Of a DNA stretch of 64,000 nucleotides, positions 40,030 to 55,261 are shown in pieces; within the stretch, counting starts at the first letter, position 1; every line of letters begins with the position of its first letter. The translations under genes were made by a program, and so were the position numbers. The notes under the pieces were generated by a model. It had not been told where the DNA came from, ran no database searches, and was given only the letters and a program-made list of their open reading frames with translations. The DNA is from Octopus sinensis (lineage: Eukaryota): the NCBI RefSeq assembly GCF_006345805.1, contig NC_043012.1:24738001-24802000 (forward strand). Reading direction: 5' to 3'.

Positions 40030-40985
40030 TAATCGTCATGCTGTGTGTTGTGGCAGTGGGTTTTATTGTTCCATCTATGTTTTCCATTGAGGCTCGGTCT
40101 GCCTATTGCTAAGTGTGTAGCCTCTGAGATCTGTCTAATTTTATGTCAGTTTTAAGCGTCAATAATACCTTAACCTCTATGGTATTAATCGAATTTCTAT
40201 GTTTTACGTGATAATGTTAGTAGAACACTGATGATTCTTTCTCTTCTTTGAGCTCCCGCCAGTGTACATCTATACGTTCCCCTATGCTGCGTGCAGTCTC
40301 TCCAAAGTAAGTAATTGTCATGTTTCTGCACCGTCCCTCAGTACACCGTAAACTAAACACTATATTCCTAACCATACGGCTAACCCGTGGGTTCATCCTA
40401 CATACAATACAATTGTTCTTCGTACATGGAGACTTACCAAAGGGATAAGTTCTACAGGTCAGGGATTTTATTGGAGCACCAAGCCTTTCTACTACTTTAA
40501 TCTGTAGATTATCTTTACTTAATGTTTTTCTAAAAAGGTACACTAGTTCACCGCCAGGGGTAGCATCGACGAACATGACACTCTGATAGTTTCTGTTGTC
40601 ATACCATGAGTTGGCCTTATCTATCTTATTTCTGGTTCTTTCTGTGCTGTTGCAGGATTTATTTCTGTATAACGGGCAGATCCCCTTAGCATCACTCTCC
40701 ATGATGGCTTTGTATTTAGTCCTGGCTCCTTTGTACACTCCAATCCTGTCCCTTTGATTGTAGCCAGAGAACTGCATACGGCGGATGAAGTGTTGTATAT
40801 GTCTTTCCAATTGCATAAGGTCGCACTTGCGGGTCACATTCCTCATCGCTCTCACCAAGTGAGCTATAAGAATATTGTCCGCAATAGCTGTGTTCTTATG
40901 AACAAGATACTTAGAGACCATGGGTTTGGCATAATGGGGGTGGAAGATCTGGACCTTACTGCTCTTAGTTTCTAATCAGAGTTCC
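40030..40985 (-). mobile_element. Penelope-like element fragment (RT thumb, Cys-rich linker, GIY-YIG endonuclease)
   Basis: 234-aa ORF 40217-40921: AKPMVSKYL..., RRMQFSGY, PLYR, VMFVDATP, IKVVER.G, C..NC..C...RNIVFSLRC...C, TYFGETARSIGERIDVH. Frameshifted tail RQISEATHL...PSLNGK. Confidence 0.85.
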
Positions 40986-41154
40986 GTGTCTAAAACTGGT
41001 AACCTATTTCAATTAAATTAATTTATCCCATAGCATCAGGAATATTACTGACTATGCTAGCCATAAACCATTACGGGTTTAAATAAAAATATGACTGAGA
41101 AAATCACGTATATATATATATATATATATAAATATAAACGAACATATACACATG

Positions 41155-41191
<37 letters not shown>

Positions 41192-42614
41192 GTAAAAGTA
41201 TGGTCAATGGCATTCCAATAATGGCTATCCTGTCTTTTCGGCAGTATCTAGCTCTACGTTATTTAATGAGGACAGTATTATCTCCTCTTTCATCATCATC
41301 ATCGTCGTCATCGTCGTCGTCGTTTAACGTCCGCTTTATATGCTGGCATGGGTTGGCCGGTTTGACTGAGGGCTGGCAAGCCAGAAGGCTGTACCAGGCT
41401 CCAGTCCGATCTGGTAAAGTTTCTAGGTTTTATAAATACAAACCTGAAAATCGTCCTTTTAGAAATGCATTGTGGCTGAGGCTTGGTTTATGGAGAGCAA
41501 AAGAGGCTTCGAGAAAGGTATGCACAGCGTGCTTCAAACGGATTCAAAGTGCTTCAAAGTGTTCACACCAAGGCCTGGGCGGTGTCCGATGGACTTCATG
41601 AAACTAAACAAGTCAGTAATTTGTTATATAACAATTTAAATCTTAAATCAATTATAAGAAAATATTAATTCCTCAATTTGAAATATGTATGCCTTACTGC
41701 GGTGTTGCATAATGGAATCCAAAGTAAATTTTTATTTGGTGGTCCTTAAAATGCTTCTCATGACTTTTGTAAACCTACTTAAAATAAAGACTGCATTCTA
41801 GAATATAAAATGGTTTATAATGAAATTTTTTATTAAAATAAAATAAAATGAAGCAACCTAATAATTTGACAGTTTTTATGGTTCTAAGTGTGTAACTTGC
41901 ATGAAATATTTTGATAGCCCCTAAAGGGAGATAATCTTATAGCGTCTCAGTTCTTTGTTTTTGGCTGAGCCCCAAGTTACTCTCTAGCAAGCTAGCACAT
42001 TCTTCATTCTAGGAAAACGATACATAGTGTGTTATTTCCGTTTTAAGATAGCTGAATGAGTGATTTGAGGGCAACTCGACTGCTGTTTCTTGCATGAAAG
42101 CTCCAATGTTGTACTCGGCTCCTACTGAATTTTTTTTAAATTTTTTTATTTTATCTAGTTTCAGCTCACGAGCTGTGGCCATGCTGGGGCACCGCTATGT
42201 ATGTTAGCATCGCATCAGCTAAATACAAATGCTTGTAAAATTGGAACTTTGAAGGTCCTGTGAACAGGTTAAATTTTTACCCCTCCCTAATTCCCCCACC
42301 CCCACCCCACCGAAATTGCAGTGAAATATTCCAGAATCTTTTGAACGTATGTACTCTAATTACCTAAAATTGGTAACAGAAAAGCGGAAGAAAATAAATG
42401 CTCGACTTTGGCTTCGGAGAAGAAAAGGTTGATGTATATCTTCACTAGTGATGGTTTGAATACAGATAAAATTAATTGAAAAGATATCGATTAAAGAAAG
42501 TAATAAACAAACGTGCATATGTGTGTGTGTGTGTGTGTCTGTGTGTGTGTGTGTGTATATATATATCTTACTATCATACATACGCATACACTTACATGCA
42601 TTTATATGATATAT

Positions 42615-42658
<44 letters not shown>

Positions 42659-42780
42659 AGTATATATATGTTTGATAGTAAAGAGTAGTATATATATATA
42701 TACATACAAACACACACAATATATATATATATTATTGAGTGAATATAAAGGTATATATATATATAAATATTATATGTGTA

Positions 42781-42845
<65 letters not shown>

Positions 42846-42916
42846 GTATTATATATATATATATATATTATGTATATGTATGTATATATCTGTATATATA
42901 TATATATATATATATT

Positions 42917-42957
<41 letters not shown>

Positions 42958-44326
42958 TAATATATATATCAATGCCGAGAGATCAAAACAGACATGAACC
43001 AAGCAACCAATCTGCAATTACGCCGACGTCTACTTTCAGTAACAAATCACCACAATTTCCTGCAGCAATTTCACACCTAGTTTCCCGCCTAAACATTCAT
43101 CTATCTCCAGAACGAAGGTTTGAAAAGAATGTTAGTTTTAGATGCCCAACTACCTGCCTTCCTACCATCCCCTAATCGCTCTTTCACTTCCATTTTCTAC
43201 CTCTCTTCTTCTCTTCCTCACCTTCGTTACCATGTTGACAACTGTGAAGGAAGTAAATCTCTCATTCTTCGATAACATATTTTATCTTTGTTTGGCCAGA
43301 TAGATATCGATCGCTCGTTTTACGATTTGATAACGCAATTTGTTCATGTTTGGAAAGCTGACATTTTGCATCCATTATAAAGATTCGGTAAAAATACACA
43401 ATTTTTCTTTTTCTTGTTTTTTTTTTTGCATTCAATTTCTAACATACATCACTATTTTTATTCATGCTTCTTTTTTATTTGTTTCCAACGAAATATAAAA
43501 AAAAACGCACCCTTCATATTCACGTATATCTCAAACTTCGAGACTAACTTAAACACAAACTACACTAAATCATAGAAAAACAGAAATACTAAATTGTTAC
43601 AAACAAAAGACTTCCGTAAAATTTCTGTTTTTATTTTCTAAACAATATTAGAATATTCTATTTTTTCGTTTTTATTATACTATCAATCAAAATTGTATCT
43701 AAAATTGAAGTACATACAATAATCACAAATTATGGAGAGGAATTGTAGAAATGTAAAAAGTAACATTTCGCCTAAATGCAAATGATAGAATATATGCGAC
43801 TCAACGAGGTAGCCTCTACATGGTCGTTTAACCTGCTAGATGTAACAGCTAAACCTTCAAATTACATATTATTGGCTTAAAAAGAAAGATTTGATGATGA
43901 GATCCCAAATACATTGTATTCAAAGAACAAGAATAAACCCGATGGTCACGGTTAAAATGTTTCTAAGTTATATTTCTGTTTGACCAGAACTAAATCGAAC
44001 CTAAACAACAACATCGACAACGGATGGATTACATTACACTGTTTGTAATTGTAGGAAGCAAAGAGACAATCAACTGAGTAAAAACGTGTCATTTCATCAA
44101 TTTTAGGATTTATGCAAAGTTTTATAAAAATACGAATTAGATTATTTGAGCTTAAACAGAGCTATTGATTTTGAACTATTTGGAAATCTAAGTATTTTGG
44201 TCAAGGATATTAGCTTGATATCTACGCAGCCAGAACTTTATCTGAGACAGTTGTGGAGAATACGAAGAGGTTTCATGAGAGATTTTTTCAACGTAATAAT
44301 ATAAAATCTTACACCAAACGTACTCA

Positions 44327-45400
44327 ATGATGTTCAAAACATACGAAACTATAAAAAACTACAGCAAAGTTAAAGTGTTACTGAACAAATATCAATACCA
44401 ACAGCGAGTCCTAATGCAAAGTCAACTGGAAGAGAGTTTAAAACCGTTGTTGTTGTGTATGAGGCTGTTTGGTATGTACCACAAATTCGGGGACAGGGAC
44501 TTATGGACATTATACAGCCTTATCGTTGGTGGATTTATGGGGTATTCTTTCGTTAGAAGTTTTACACAATACAGCGCCTATGAAGAATATGGTAGTTTTT
44601 TATTCAGCAAGATCCAGTGGAGTTTACTCTCATTTCAAAGTTTGATGATTCTCGTCCTTTTCCAACATTCTTTTCGGCGTAGCGGAAAATTAGAATCGTT
44701 GTTTCTTTGTTGGGAAAAATTATTTTCCCACACTGCTTACAATAAATGTCCCCGGTATCTTTTACTCCTGGGTGTCATCATACCTGCCGTAAACTTTTTG
44801 GTGAATCTCGGAGGAATAATTCTTTCATTCTATATTGAACCTAATATTGGCAATATCATTGCGCAAGTTTCTTGGTTCAATGGACCCAGTAAATACGAAA
44901 CGAACATTAAATGGCTGACGGGAAATGCAACCGGTTACGAAACTATGAAACTAAATGACTTCCGTTTCAGTCCCGAGGCTGGTGGCCATATACAAAAAAC
45001 TATAATTACTGCATTGTTTATGATGAAGTCTGGTATTACATATTTTTCAGGCTCGTTTTTTGTTGTACTCTGTACTCTAGTCGGAGCACAGTTCGATCGA
45101 CTTGCTAGTTGTTTTGCTAAATCAATCACAGCAGACGGTAGACTGTTGTGTGACCTCAGTCAAACAAGATTCCATTATCAACGACTGGTTGAGTTAATAG
45201 ATATCATGAATGCATCTTTCAGTACAATCATTGCAATTATATTCTTCTCAGACATTGGTGTGTTTTCGCTCAATTTCTACAACTTGATATTTTTCCAAGA
45301 GACACCCGGCTATCACACTGTACTGTTCAGTATATGGTACATAACAGTCTTCATTCACCTGGCATCAGTCTCGGGAGCAGCAGCCAGGGTTGGCTTCTCT
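44327..45400 (+). CDS. GRL-B exon 1 (358 codons) of a second gustatory-receptor-like / 7TM ion channel gene
   Basis: Long non-repetitive ORF with ~6 hydrophobic segments. Ends ...GAAARVGFS|gtaagt, a consensus phase-0 donor at 45401, at the position equivalent to the GRL-A donor. Start could be M1, M2 or M30 (44414). Confidence 0.9.
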
Positions 45401-45549
45401 GTAAGTAAATGAAATATATATTTTTTACTATACCCTAATTTTCTTTTCTTTTATTTTTGACTGAGTACAATTTTATATTTTAACTAAAAGTGGATGAAAT
45501 TCATTTTCGAAATCCGATAAACAGTCATATTGATAAAATAGCGTTACAA

Positions 45550-45990
45550 GCGCAGGCAGGGCTATATGGTTAAGAAGCTCATTTTGAAACAACGGCTTTG
45601 GGTTCAATCCCACTACGTGGCACCTTGGGCAAGTGTCTTGTAGTATAGTTCCGGGCTGACCAAAGCCTCGCGAGTGAATTTGGTAGACAGAAATTGTGTC
45701 GAAGCCCCTCGTGTGTGTGTGTGCGCGCGCGAGCACGTGCGTGTGAGTGGGTGCATGCGCGCGCACATATGTATATCTTTGCATTTGGTATATACCCCCC
45801 AGCACCGCTTGACATCAAATGTTGGTTTTGCTTACACCCGCGTCACTTAGCGGTTCGGCATAAAATACCGAAAGAATAAGTACTCAACTTAAATACGAAT
45901 GAGTACTGTGGTCTATTTATTCGACTAAAACACTTCAAGGTGTTGCTCCAGCATGGCAGGAGTCCAATGTCTGAAACAAATAAATGATAG
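45550..45990 (+). mobile_element. SINE family A in GRL-B intron 1
   Basis: Family A head, body and tail. Confidence 0.75.
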
Positions 45991-47414
45991 ATGGTAACAT
46001 TGTTATATTATTTAAGGCGACAACCTGGCGGAATCGTTAGAACGCCAAGCAAAATTCTTAGAAGCGTCTTTATGTTCTGAGTTCAAATTCCACCGAGGTC
46101 GACTTTGCTTTCACCCATTCAGGGTCGATAAAGTAAGTACCAGTTGTACTTGCGCAAGCTGTTGTATAGTGAAACTGAGCTTGAAACCACGTGACAAGAC
46201 ATCGTGCTTTTTAAACCACGCAGCCATATCTTCGCTTGTATATTTTGATCTCGAATCTTGTCGGAGTAGAAGTTGTCTTTCATCTTTCCAGGGTCGATAA
46301 GATAACTACCAGCATATAACGTGTCTTGATTGTCTGCATTGCTTCTCTAATTACTATTCAATTCGTATATTGTCTCTCACTCCAACAAATTTACATTCGA
46401 GTTCCTACTGATCTTCATACATGGATTGTTCCACATTCCCTACGGATCGAAGTGCCCAACAAGGACAGGTAACACAAAATGGTCAGTGTCATGTAGGCGG
46501 TGCATAATATACTAGACATAAAGACTATGAGATATCCTTATTGATGTAAGTCAGTCGCTGTCTATCATGGCCTAACCTCAGCCACTTTACATGTCTCTCT
46601 TTCTGTCTGGTTCGATTATAAAAGCGAAAAGTTGCTCAGTGGGGTGTCCAACCACGGAAGATGATGATTGGGCGTAGATGCTTGGATGCTGGCCATTTGG
46701 CGCGGCTGACAGGACACTGAGCCTATTTTGTCGATTGTGCTTTTTGACACTGGAGGCAAATAAGTGTGTATCGCAGATATATACACACACAGATAGAAAG
46801 GAAGAGAGATGGAGAAACATTACAGTTTATTAATCAAGCACGATTGGCATAAACACTTTCCCTTCGTCGTCCAAATAAAGAGAAATATGTTCACTTACAA
46901 AAAGAGAGAGGGGGAGGAAGAGAGAGTCAAAGCGAGAGAGAGGGAAAAAGAGAGACGAACAGAGAGAGAGAGAGAAAGGAGGAAAGAGTGAAAGGTGGAA
47001 GGAGAGGGATGGAGCGAGCATGAGTGACATTAAAATGTCTGATGTTAACTGCGCACCGCCAAACAAGCAGCGCCTTAATGGCTGTGCCAAAACGTCTCAT
47101 ACTTCTGCAGCCAGGTTCCCACCGCTGGAATGATGCACCTTCTGCTCGTCTTTTTAAGTTCTATCTTTTCCGTCTATACAATTTCTATCGTTGCAGTTGT
47201 AGTTGTAGCTGTAGTACAATTAGTAGTCTTTTTGTAGTAGTAGTAGCTGTTGTTAATAAGCTTGTCCTCCTAAACACGGTTGTGTGTGCGTGTGGCTGCA
47301 ATGGCTGCTATTTCTAGACTCTCCTTCTTCTTGTCCTTCTGCTTGCTTCTCCCTCTTAAAACTTCATTTGTTGACCGAAGAACAAAACTAATTGAACCGT
47401 TCTAATTGTTTGTT

Positions 47415-47850
<436 letters not shown>

Positions 47851-48480
47851 AGCAAGGCTAGTTGTTGGATGTTGTTGTTGTTGTTGTTGCTTTTGTTTTT
47901 ATTGTTGTTGTAGTTGTTACCTTTCTTGCTGTTTAGCTCCAGTTCAACTTCGAATGAACCAACGTATGATCAAAGACACCCAAGCCGTGCTCAACCCTCT
48001 TTATATAATACCAGGCAGCTCGCAGTGAGGATCTCATTGTTCTCTATGTTTTTCCGTTTTAAGACAAATGTGTAAGGCTACAATGCATGGATTGTTCCAC
48101 ATTCCACATTGTTCCACATTCCACATCTCAGCAAATCGCAGAAGGCGTAGCACATACTCTAAGGCCACCGTACAAATTGGCAAAACCTCAAGAAAATGAA
48201 ACGAGATTTAAAATCGCTTTCAAAATTTGGTTATGATGTCTTTCGTTATGATGTCTTTCGCGATTTTCAAATAAGTCAAGCGGCCACGTTGAATCTGTGT
48301 TTTGAGACTCAAAACGAATTCATATGAGACTATGGCATGGCTTCAGATAACCGTTAAACAAATTCCATTTCACTTCAAACATCACACAGAAAGACAAAAT
48401 GCCCCAAATTTCCACTGTTCATTCTCACAAGAAGATTATAACTTTTCTGTTTGTTTGATGGAAAGGAACCAGTGCTTACC

Positions 48481-48780
<300 letters not shown>

Positions 48781-49263
48781 TTCTTTCATTCATTCACGAC
48801 GGACAGTGTAAAGCAGGGTACAAACTGCCTGTAAAACCATTTTTGGCGAAACTGTTTCGATTCCTGGCCAAAAATATTTTCGTTGCGACTTTGGCCGTGT
48901 AAGATCCTATTTTATCTTAGACGACACGAAATTATGAGAAATTAGTGTTTTCTAGAATTTTGCTATCAGTATATGGATGTTCACACATTCGCATGTACAC
49001 GACTGCTTAGTCATGTGTATATATAAATGCATGCGTATGTGTATGTATATATGTACACACACACACACAATGTACAAATATGCACGCACACGCACGCACA
49101 CATACATATACATATATACATTCATGCATACATACATACATACATACATACATACTTACAAACGTTCAAAATCCAGTCCACACCACATCTATAAGTATAT
49201 ACACATAAATATAGATATATCCATACTCATACATGATATACGTATACATACACACACACGATT

Positions 49264-49305
<42 letters not shown>

Positions 49306-50019
49306 ATATGTCCGTATATTTGTGTGTATGACTGTGAGAGCGTAAACAGACACTGTGAGTATGATATATGTATTTTTAAATTATATAAACATATGTATAT
49401 ATATATATAATTACATACAAATATGTATAATATATATGTTAATACACACGCACATACATACATATATTTATAAATACATTTATACATACATACACACATA
49501 CATACATATATATATATATAATATATATACATACTTACATACATACATACATACATACTACATACATACATATATATAATATATATATATATACATACAT
49601 ACATACATATGTGTGTGTGTGTTACGGTTTTACTTATTTATCGTATGTTTCTTCCACCCCGTCCGTGCCCCTCTCGTTTGCCCCTGTTCAATATTGGAAA
49701 ATCGACCCCTTAATAGTTGCAGTATAGAATGTCAAGTATTCTACAACCCCCACCGCCAGCTGGTCCCAGCACCACACCTTTCCGACTCTCCTGTTAAGGA
49801 CCACCCTTGGGCAATTTTTCGTCTTGAAAATCGAAGATGATAAAAAAAAAATAAAGAATCATTCATATATAAACTACGATAGAAGAAGAAAGAGGAAAAG
49901 AAAGAAGAAAAGCGAGGATGAAGGTTTTGGTAGGAAATGGTGGAAAGGGAGGGAGGAAGGGTGGGTGGGGTAATAAAATAGAATAAAAAAGAAATAAATG
50001 TATTTTATGAAAAGAAATA

Positions 50020-50261
50020 GATGGACGACGACGACCACGACGAGAACTATGATGATGACGATGATGATGGTGATAGTAGCGGCGGCGGCGGCGGCGGCGG
50101 TGGTGGTGGTGGCTGCGGTGGTGGTGGTGGTGGTGGCTGCGGCGGTGGTGGTGGTGGGGATGATGGTGGTGGTGACGGTGTGTGGTTAAGGTGGCCTGGT
50201 TGCTGCGGTGGTTGTGGTGGTGGTGGTGGTGGTGGTAGTAGTAGTAGTAGAAGTAGTAGTT

Positions 50262-50302
<41 letters not shown>

Positions 50303-50510
50303 GGTGTTGGTGTTGGTGGTGGTGTTGGTGGTGGTGGTGGTGTTGGTGGTGGTGCTGGTGGTGGTGGTGCTGGTGTTTTGTAAATTAGCGACGGTGTTAG
50401 TAGCTGCCTTCAGAACGTCTACTGACAACGTTACAACTATCTCCACCACCACCACCACCACTACCATCACCACCATAACCACCACCACCACCACCACCAC
50501 CACCACGCGA
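50020..50510. repeat. (GGC/GGT/AGT)n tract followed by an inverted (ACC)n tract
   Basis: Direct inspection. Confidence 0.9.
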
Positions 50511-51107
50511 CCCACAAAATACCACCACATCGCCACCATCCTCATTTTCATCGAATCCCCACCATCACACGACAAGAGCAAAAACGAGGAAATCCTCTAC
50601 CTGGTACCTTCACCTGCTAAAAACATCAGTCAGATCTCCCTTAAATTATATTCATTCACTCGTAATACGGAGGGACACTTTAAGTCGGGCATCGGCGACA
50701 TTTTTCGAGAAGCAAGCCGCATAAGAATGGCTCTTCGAATGGCGGGCCGCACTGCTAAAAACATCGAAGGCAACTTTTAGTTAGCACTGCCACCCAGAAC
50801 GTCTCGCGGGCCGCAGTTTGGCCCCCACCCCACCCCCGACTACTTTAATAAAACTACTAATAATAAAAAATTTGGAACTAGAATATAGTGACTTTTAATA
50901 TATGCCTAGCAGAGAAGCTGTTCCTCACACAAACACACACATACACAAACGCACACACACACACACATACGCAAATACACACACTCACACACACCCATAA
51001 TGAGACATTATAATATTCAAATTTACTTTAGTTCTGATTTCGTGTGTGTGTGTGTGTGTGAATATCGTTTCTCCAAATCATTCACAAATCCCTTTCTCGT
51101 TTTTCAG

Positions 51108-51176
51108 GCTCACAAGTTGCTCCCTCATTTATATAAGATCCGATACAGTGAACACACAGAACATTTCGGAATGGAG
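51108..51176 (+). CDS. GRL-B exon 2 (69 nt, AHKLLPHLYKIRYSEHTEHFGME)
   Basis: Acceptor ccctttctcgtttttcag| and donor GAG|gtatag, phase 0/0. Paralogous to GRL-A exon 2. Confidence 0.88.
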
Positions 51177-51770
51177 GTATAGTAGTTACCTTTTTTTGAA
51201 TTTCATTTATTATTGAGAGTCTACAGAGTCAATCAATTTGCTGAAAATAGCAGCTAATGACTCTTACATTACCCTCGCACTATTTAAATAGTCTCACGGG
51301 CCTAGGGACCCTTTGTGTGCCATGCCTTGCTGTCAATAAATAAATAAATATTATAGGGCCCCGTGCATTATAGGGTCGAGCGCTTCCTAATCTCATTGAC
51401 CGGTCTTCATCACGTTTCTGTGTCCTTCAGCAACTGTCGCACCGGTTTCTATAATCATAATTATGATTTCAAAATTTGGTCGCACCGGTTTCTATAATCA
51501 TAATAATGATTTCAAAATTTGGTAGAAGACCATCAGTTTTTGAGGGGAGGGGACCAGTCGATTACATAGACCCCAGTACTCAACTGGTACTTAATTGACC
51601 GACCCCAAAAAGATGAAAGACAAAGACGACTTCGGCGGAATTTGAACTCAGAACGTAGCGACAGGTGAAATACCGCTAAAAATTCCGTCCTGCGTGCTAA
51701 CGATTCTGACAGCTCACTGCTTTATCTATAATAATAATAATAATAATAATAATAAAATATAGTAATAATA

Positions 51771-51989
51771 ATAGAAATAGCCCGGCTATGGAAAATAAAG
51801 AAGGTGAAGATAGTGCCAATTATTGTTGGGTCCTTGCGACCAATATCAGAAGGCATCAAGAGCCAGTATAATCAGGAAAGTATTAGATAGCTGAAAAGAA
51901 CGGATAGCATGGTACTGTAGGCTGCGGGTAGCAAGACTGCTACGCATGCAAGACTTCAGGAACTCCAACAAAACCTGTGATAAAGAGAC
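51771..51989 (+). mobile_element. R4/Dong-like LINE 3' end, family 3 (internally deleted)
   Basis: IEIARLWKIKKVKIVPIIVGSL ... RASIIRKVLDS*. Preceded and followed by (AAT)n. Confidence 0.65.
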
Positions 51990-54741
51990 AATAATAATAA
52001 TAGACATGTGATTTTTTTTTTTGGTTTTACGCCAACTATGTCCTACAAACTTAAATGTGTTGTTTGTTATATGTATTAACAATGTAAGGTTTCTGCAAAT
52101 TTTGCATTCACAAATTCCACTGGCAAAGGATGGGAAAACTCGAGCTTGAAACAGAAGACATTTAAAACAGACGACAAAGGAACCTAACTTGGAATTACTC
52201 AGTTACGCAAGGAACCTCTTAACCGCAAAGCCATGGGACAAAATATGGAAAATAAGCAGAAATATTGCGTAGAGAAGGAGTTCCAGATAGATAGAGTTTT
52301 AGGGAAAAGTAGTTGAATATTGTACAAATCAAAAGTGAAGTAGCGACTGCAAAAACATATCACTCCACGTGGCATTAGCTCGCATATCACGCAGGCTGCC
52401 TTGTCTTTTGAGCGCGGCTCAGAATTCATATATTTGTAGAGAATTTACCAAGACCCATGAGTATTGTTGCACTGTATATCGTGTCTGTGCTTTTTATAAC
52501 GTCAATAAATGTACATGGTTAAAGTATAGTCTCGTTCTGCAGAAGAAACAATCTTAATGATAATAACTGGAAATATCTGTGGCTGCCACGAAGGTCGGTT
52601 GCTTGTTCTTTAATCCGAGATCATCCTTAATCAAGCTTGTCTACGATTAAATGCATTCCGATGGTAAACATCCGGTCATTTGCTTTGCAGTGTTTCTAGG
52701 ATTACTTTATATAATGTATGAAGCCCTTCTTAAGATGATAAGGTATGCTTTGAGGGAGATTTGGTTGGTATTTGCAGCAAGTCAAGCAGTCATATAGAAG
52801 TATTTTCTTCGGCACAGCCATGAAAGCTTATTAGAAATAATAAATTCCTATTATATACCCACAGAGAATATTCAAAGTATGTTTTTGTTTTTTTTTACAA
52901 TTTTATTAGAACGGAGAAACAAAGATTTGAGACGTTCATATTTTTCTGTAACGTTTTCGTTTCATAAATAAGTTTCTCAGCTGGAATCGTGACATGACTA
53001 AAAATTCGGATTACTGGAAGCGACAAACATTGAAAGTCCAATTTAATATTGATTTCTAATATGAACTAAAGATCAAAGCTCTTTCGGGGCAACGGAGAAC
53101 AAGACTGCATGACAATCATGCCTTTCTCAGCAGCATTATCACTGCAGTGAACCAGTGATTATTCCGTAAGAAACCTACAATGCTGTTGTTCGCAATAGGC
53201 CTGGCATAAACTAATTTAAATAAATAAGAGAAAACATTTCCAAAGAGATATCAAAACCGACATGCATATCTCAGCAAATCGCAGAAGGCGTAGCACATAC
53301 TCTAAGGCCATCGTACAAATTGGCAAAACCTCAAGAAAATGAAACGAGATTTAAAATCGCTTTCAAAATTTGGTTATGATGTCTTTCGTTTGAAGTTACT
53401 GTTTGAAACATCGCAGAATTTTCATTCTGCAAGAAAACATTTCATTCTCAAGGTTAGATTAGTGAGAAAGGTTAATAAAATTGAAGTTCTGATTTCAGTT
53501 CTTGCTGGTAGCTACTCAGAGGAAAACAGGAACGTGGGAAGGAGTTCCGGATGGATGCAGTTAGAACATGGAAATAACGGTTAAAAAGACACACGTCCAA
53601 CATGTTGAACACAAGAACAGTAATATCTTCTTTCACTCGCTTCTGTTCTCAGGACGAATAACGAAACGGGAGCAACACAATGTGCCTGTCTAAAAGTATA
53701 AAGGTCGCCTACTATTTTAAGTATCCCGGTGTTGCCAGCGTGCTAAAAGGGACATTTTTGATAAGGATTTTTAAAGTTATAAAAACCATGTTGAAAGCGC
53801 CAGCAATAAGGCGTTCTCTTTCATTGGCTTCTGTTTTTATGATGAATAAAGAAACAAGAACAGAATATACAAAACGGTTACATATATTAACTTAAACAGA
53901 GCACAAGAAAAAAAAATGAGTAGACGGATGCAGGGCTAATAAGTGAAAAACATTAAATGAGTCAATTGTATGGAAAAATTTGTATCACTGAAATGGCGTA
54001 TTGGCAGACGAAATTCTTTACGGTTCTTGTTCTGCCCCGTGCGTTCAAATCACGCCGAGCTTAGCTTTAGCTTTCATTATTTCGGTATTGATAAATTTAG
54101 TGAACGGAATCGTTAGATCGTTGAAGGAAATCCCTTTGGTATTTTCATTTTTAACTTTTTATTCCTGTTTTATTTTCTTTCTTTTTTTTATTTTGGGTTC
54201 TTGGGCAACAGTTTTAATCCGTCATCCGGTTTAGAGTAACTGACACACGGTGCATTTAGTAGAGTTCACTCTATTCCGCATATTCAGGCGACTTTTGAAG
54301 ATACTGAAAAACAATAAAGGGATCCCCTTCTACCCATGACCTAACTCGTTAAAAAAATAGAGAGCCTGGTATATGTATTTACATGCCGGATGAAGTAATC
54401 TGCTGTATTTATTCCGACACTGTGTTCTAAGTTGGAATTTCCTGAGCTCAAATTTGCATTTCAACCTTTGGTGCCGATAAGTAATGAACCAACACAGGGT
54501 ACTGACTTAGTTAAATCATGTGGTACCTTGCAAGTATTTCCCTGGCGTCCATGCATCAGGAACTTGTGCAAGGAAAGCATTATGGTTCAGAACTTGTAAA
54601 AGAAAGGCTAACTAAAAGTTTTAGAACAAGAATGAATATAAGAATACATTTATGAAAATGTTTCGGACTGGCAAATGTTTAGTGGCTCACGCGCACACTT
54701 GATCATTTAGACATTATGAATTGTTTTGTGTGAGTGTGTGT

Positions 54742-54781
<40 letters not shown>

Positions 54782-54915
54782 TGTGTGTGTGCGTGTGTGT
54801 GTGTGAAAGAGAGAGAGAAAGACCGACAGACAGACAGAGTGGGTCAGAGACAAAGAGTGATGGTACGAAAGAGAGAGAGAAAGAAAAAAGGGAAGGAAAG
54901 AAGGAGAGAGAAAGA

Positions 54916-54969
<54 letters not shown>

Positions 54970-55261
54970 AAGAGTGAGAGTGAGAGATCTGATAAGGCGA
55001 AAATGTTGGATTGGCAAAAGCGACAAAGCATCGCTCAAACTGTTTTACCTTCACATTAATTTTCTCCGACGAAATTCAGAAGAGCCAAAACCATTCAGAG
55101 ATCAACAAATTAGCAAAGAAGTCAAAACTCATAAATAAAAAAACAAAAAAAAAAACGATTAAATATATTGCACAACATTTCTCATCTAAAGCCTTCTTCA
55201 TCCTGAGTCGATGGATCCAGGCCTTCATCTTTATAAATTTCCTCTCATTTTCCTTCTACAG

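Noticed and set aside
44300-44306. TATAAAA as the GRL-B promoter
   Set aside because: Very common in AT-rich DNA and only ~20 nt before the first ATG; unsupported without TSS data.
29754-45400. Reading the two receptors as rhodopsin-class GPCRs or cephalopod chemotactile (Cys-loop) receptors
   Set aside because: No DRY/NPxxY motifs, no signal peptide with a Cys-loop ectodomain. The intron pattern and TYxxxxxQF fit Gr/GRL channels.
52100-53900. Possible decayed transposase or other coding region in GRL-B intron 2
   Set aside because: Short open frames with no motif I can recognise.
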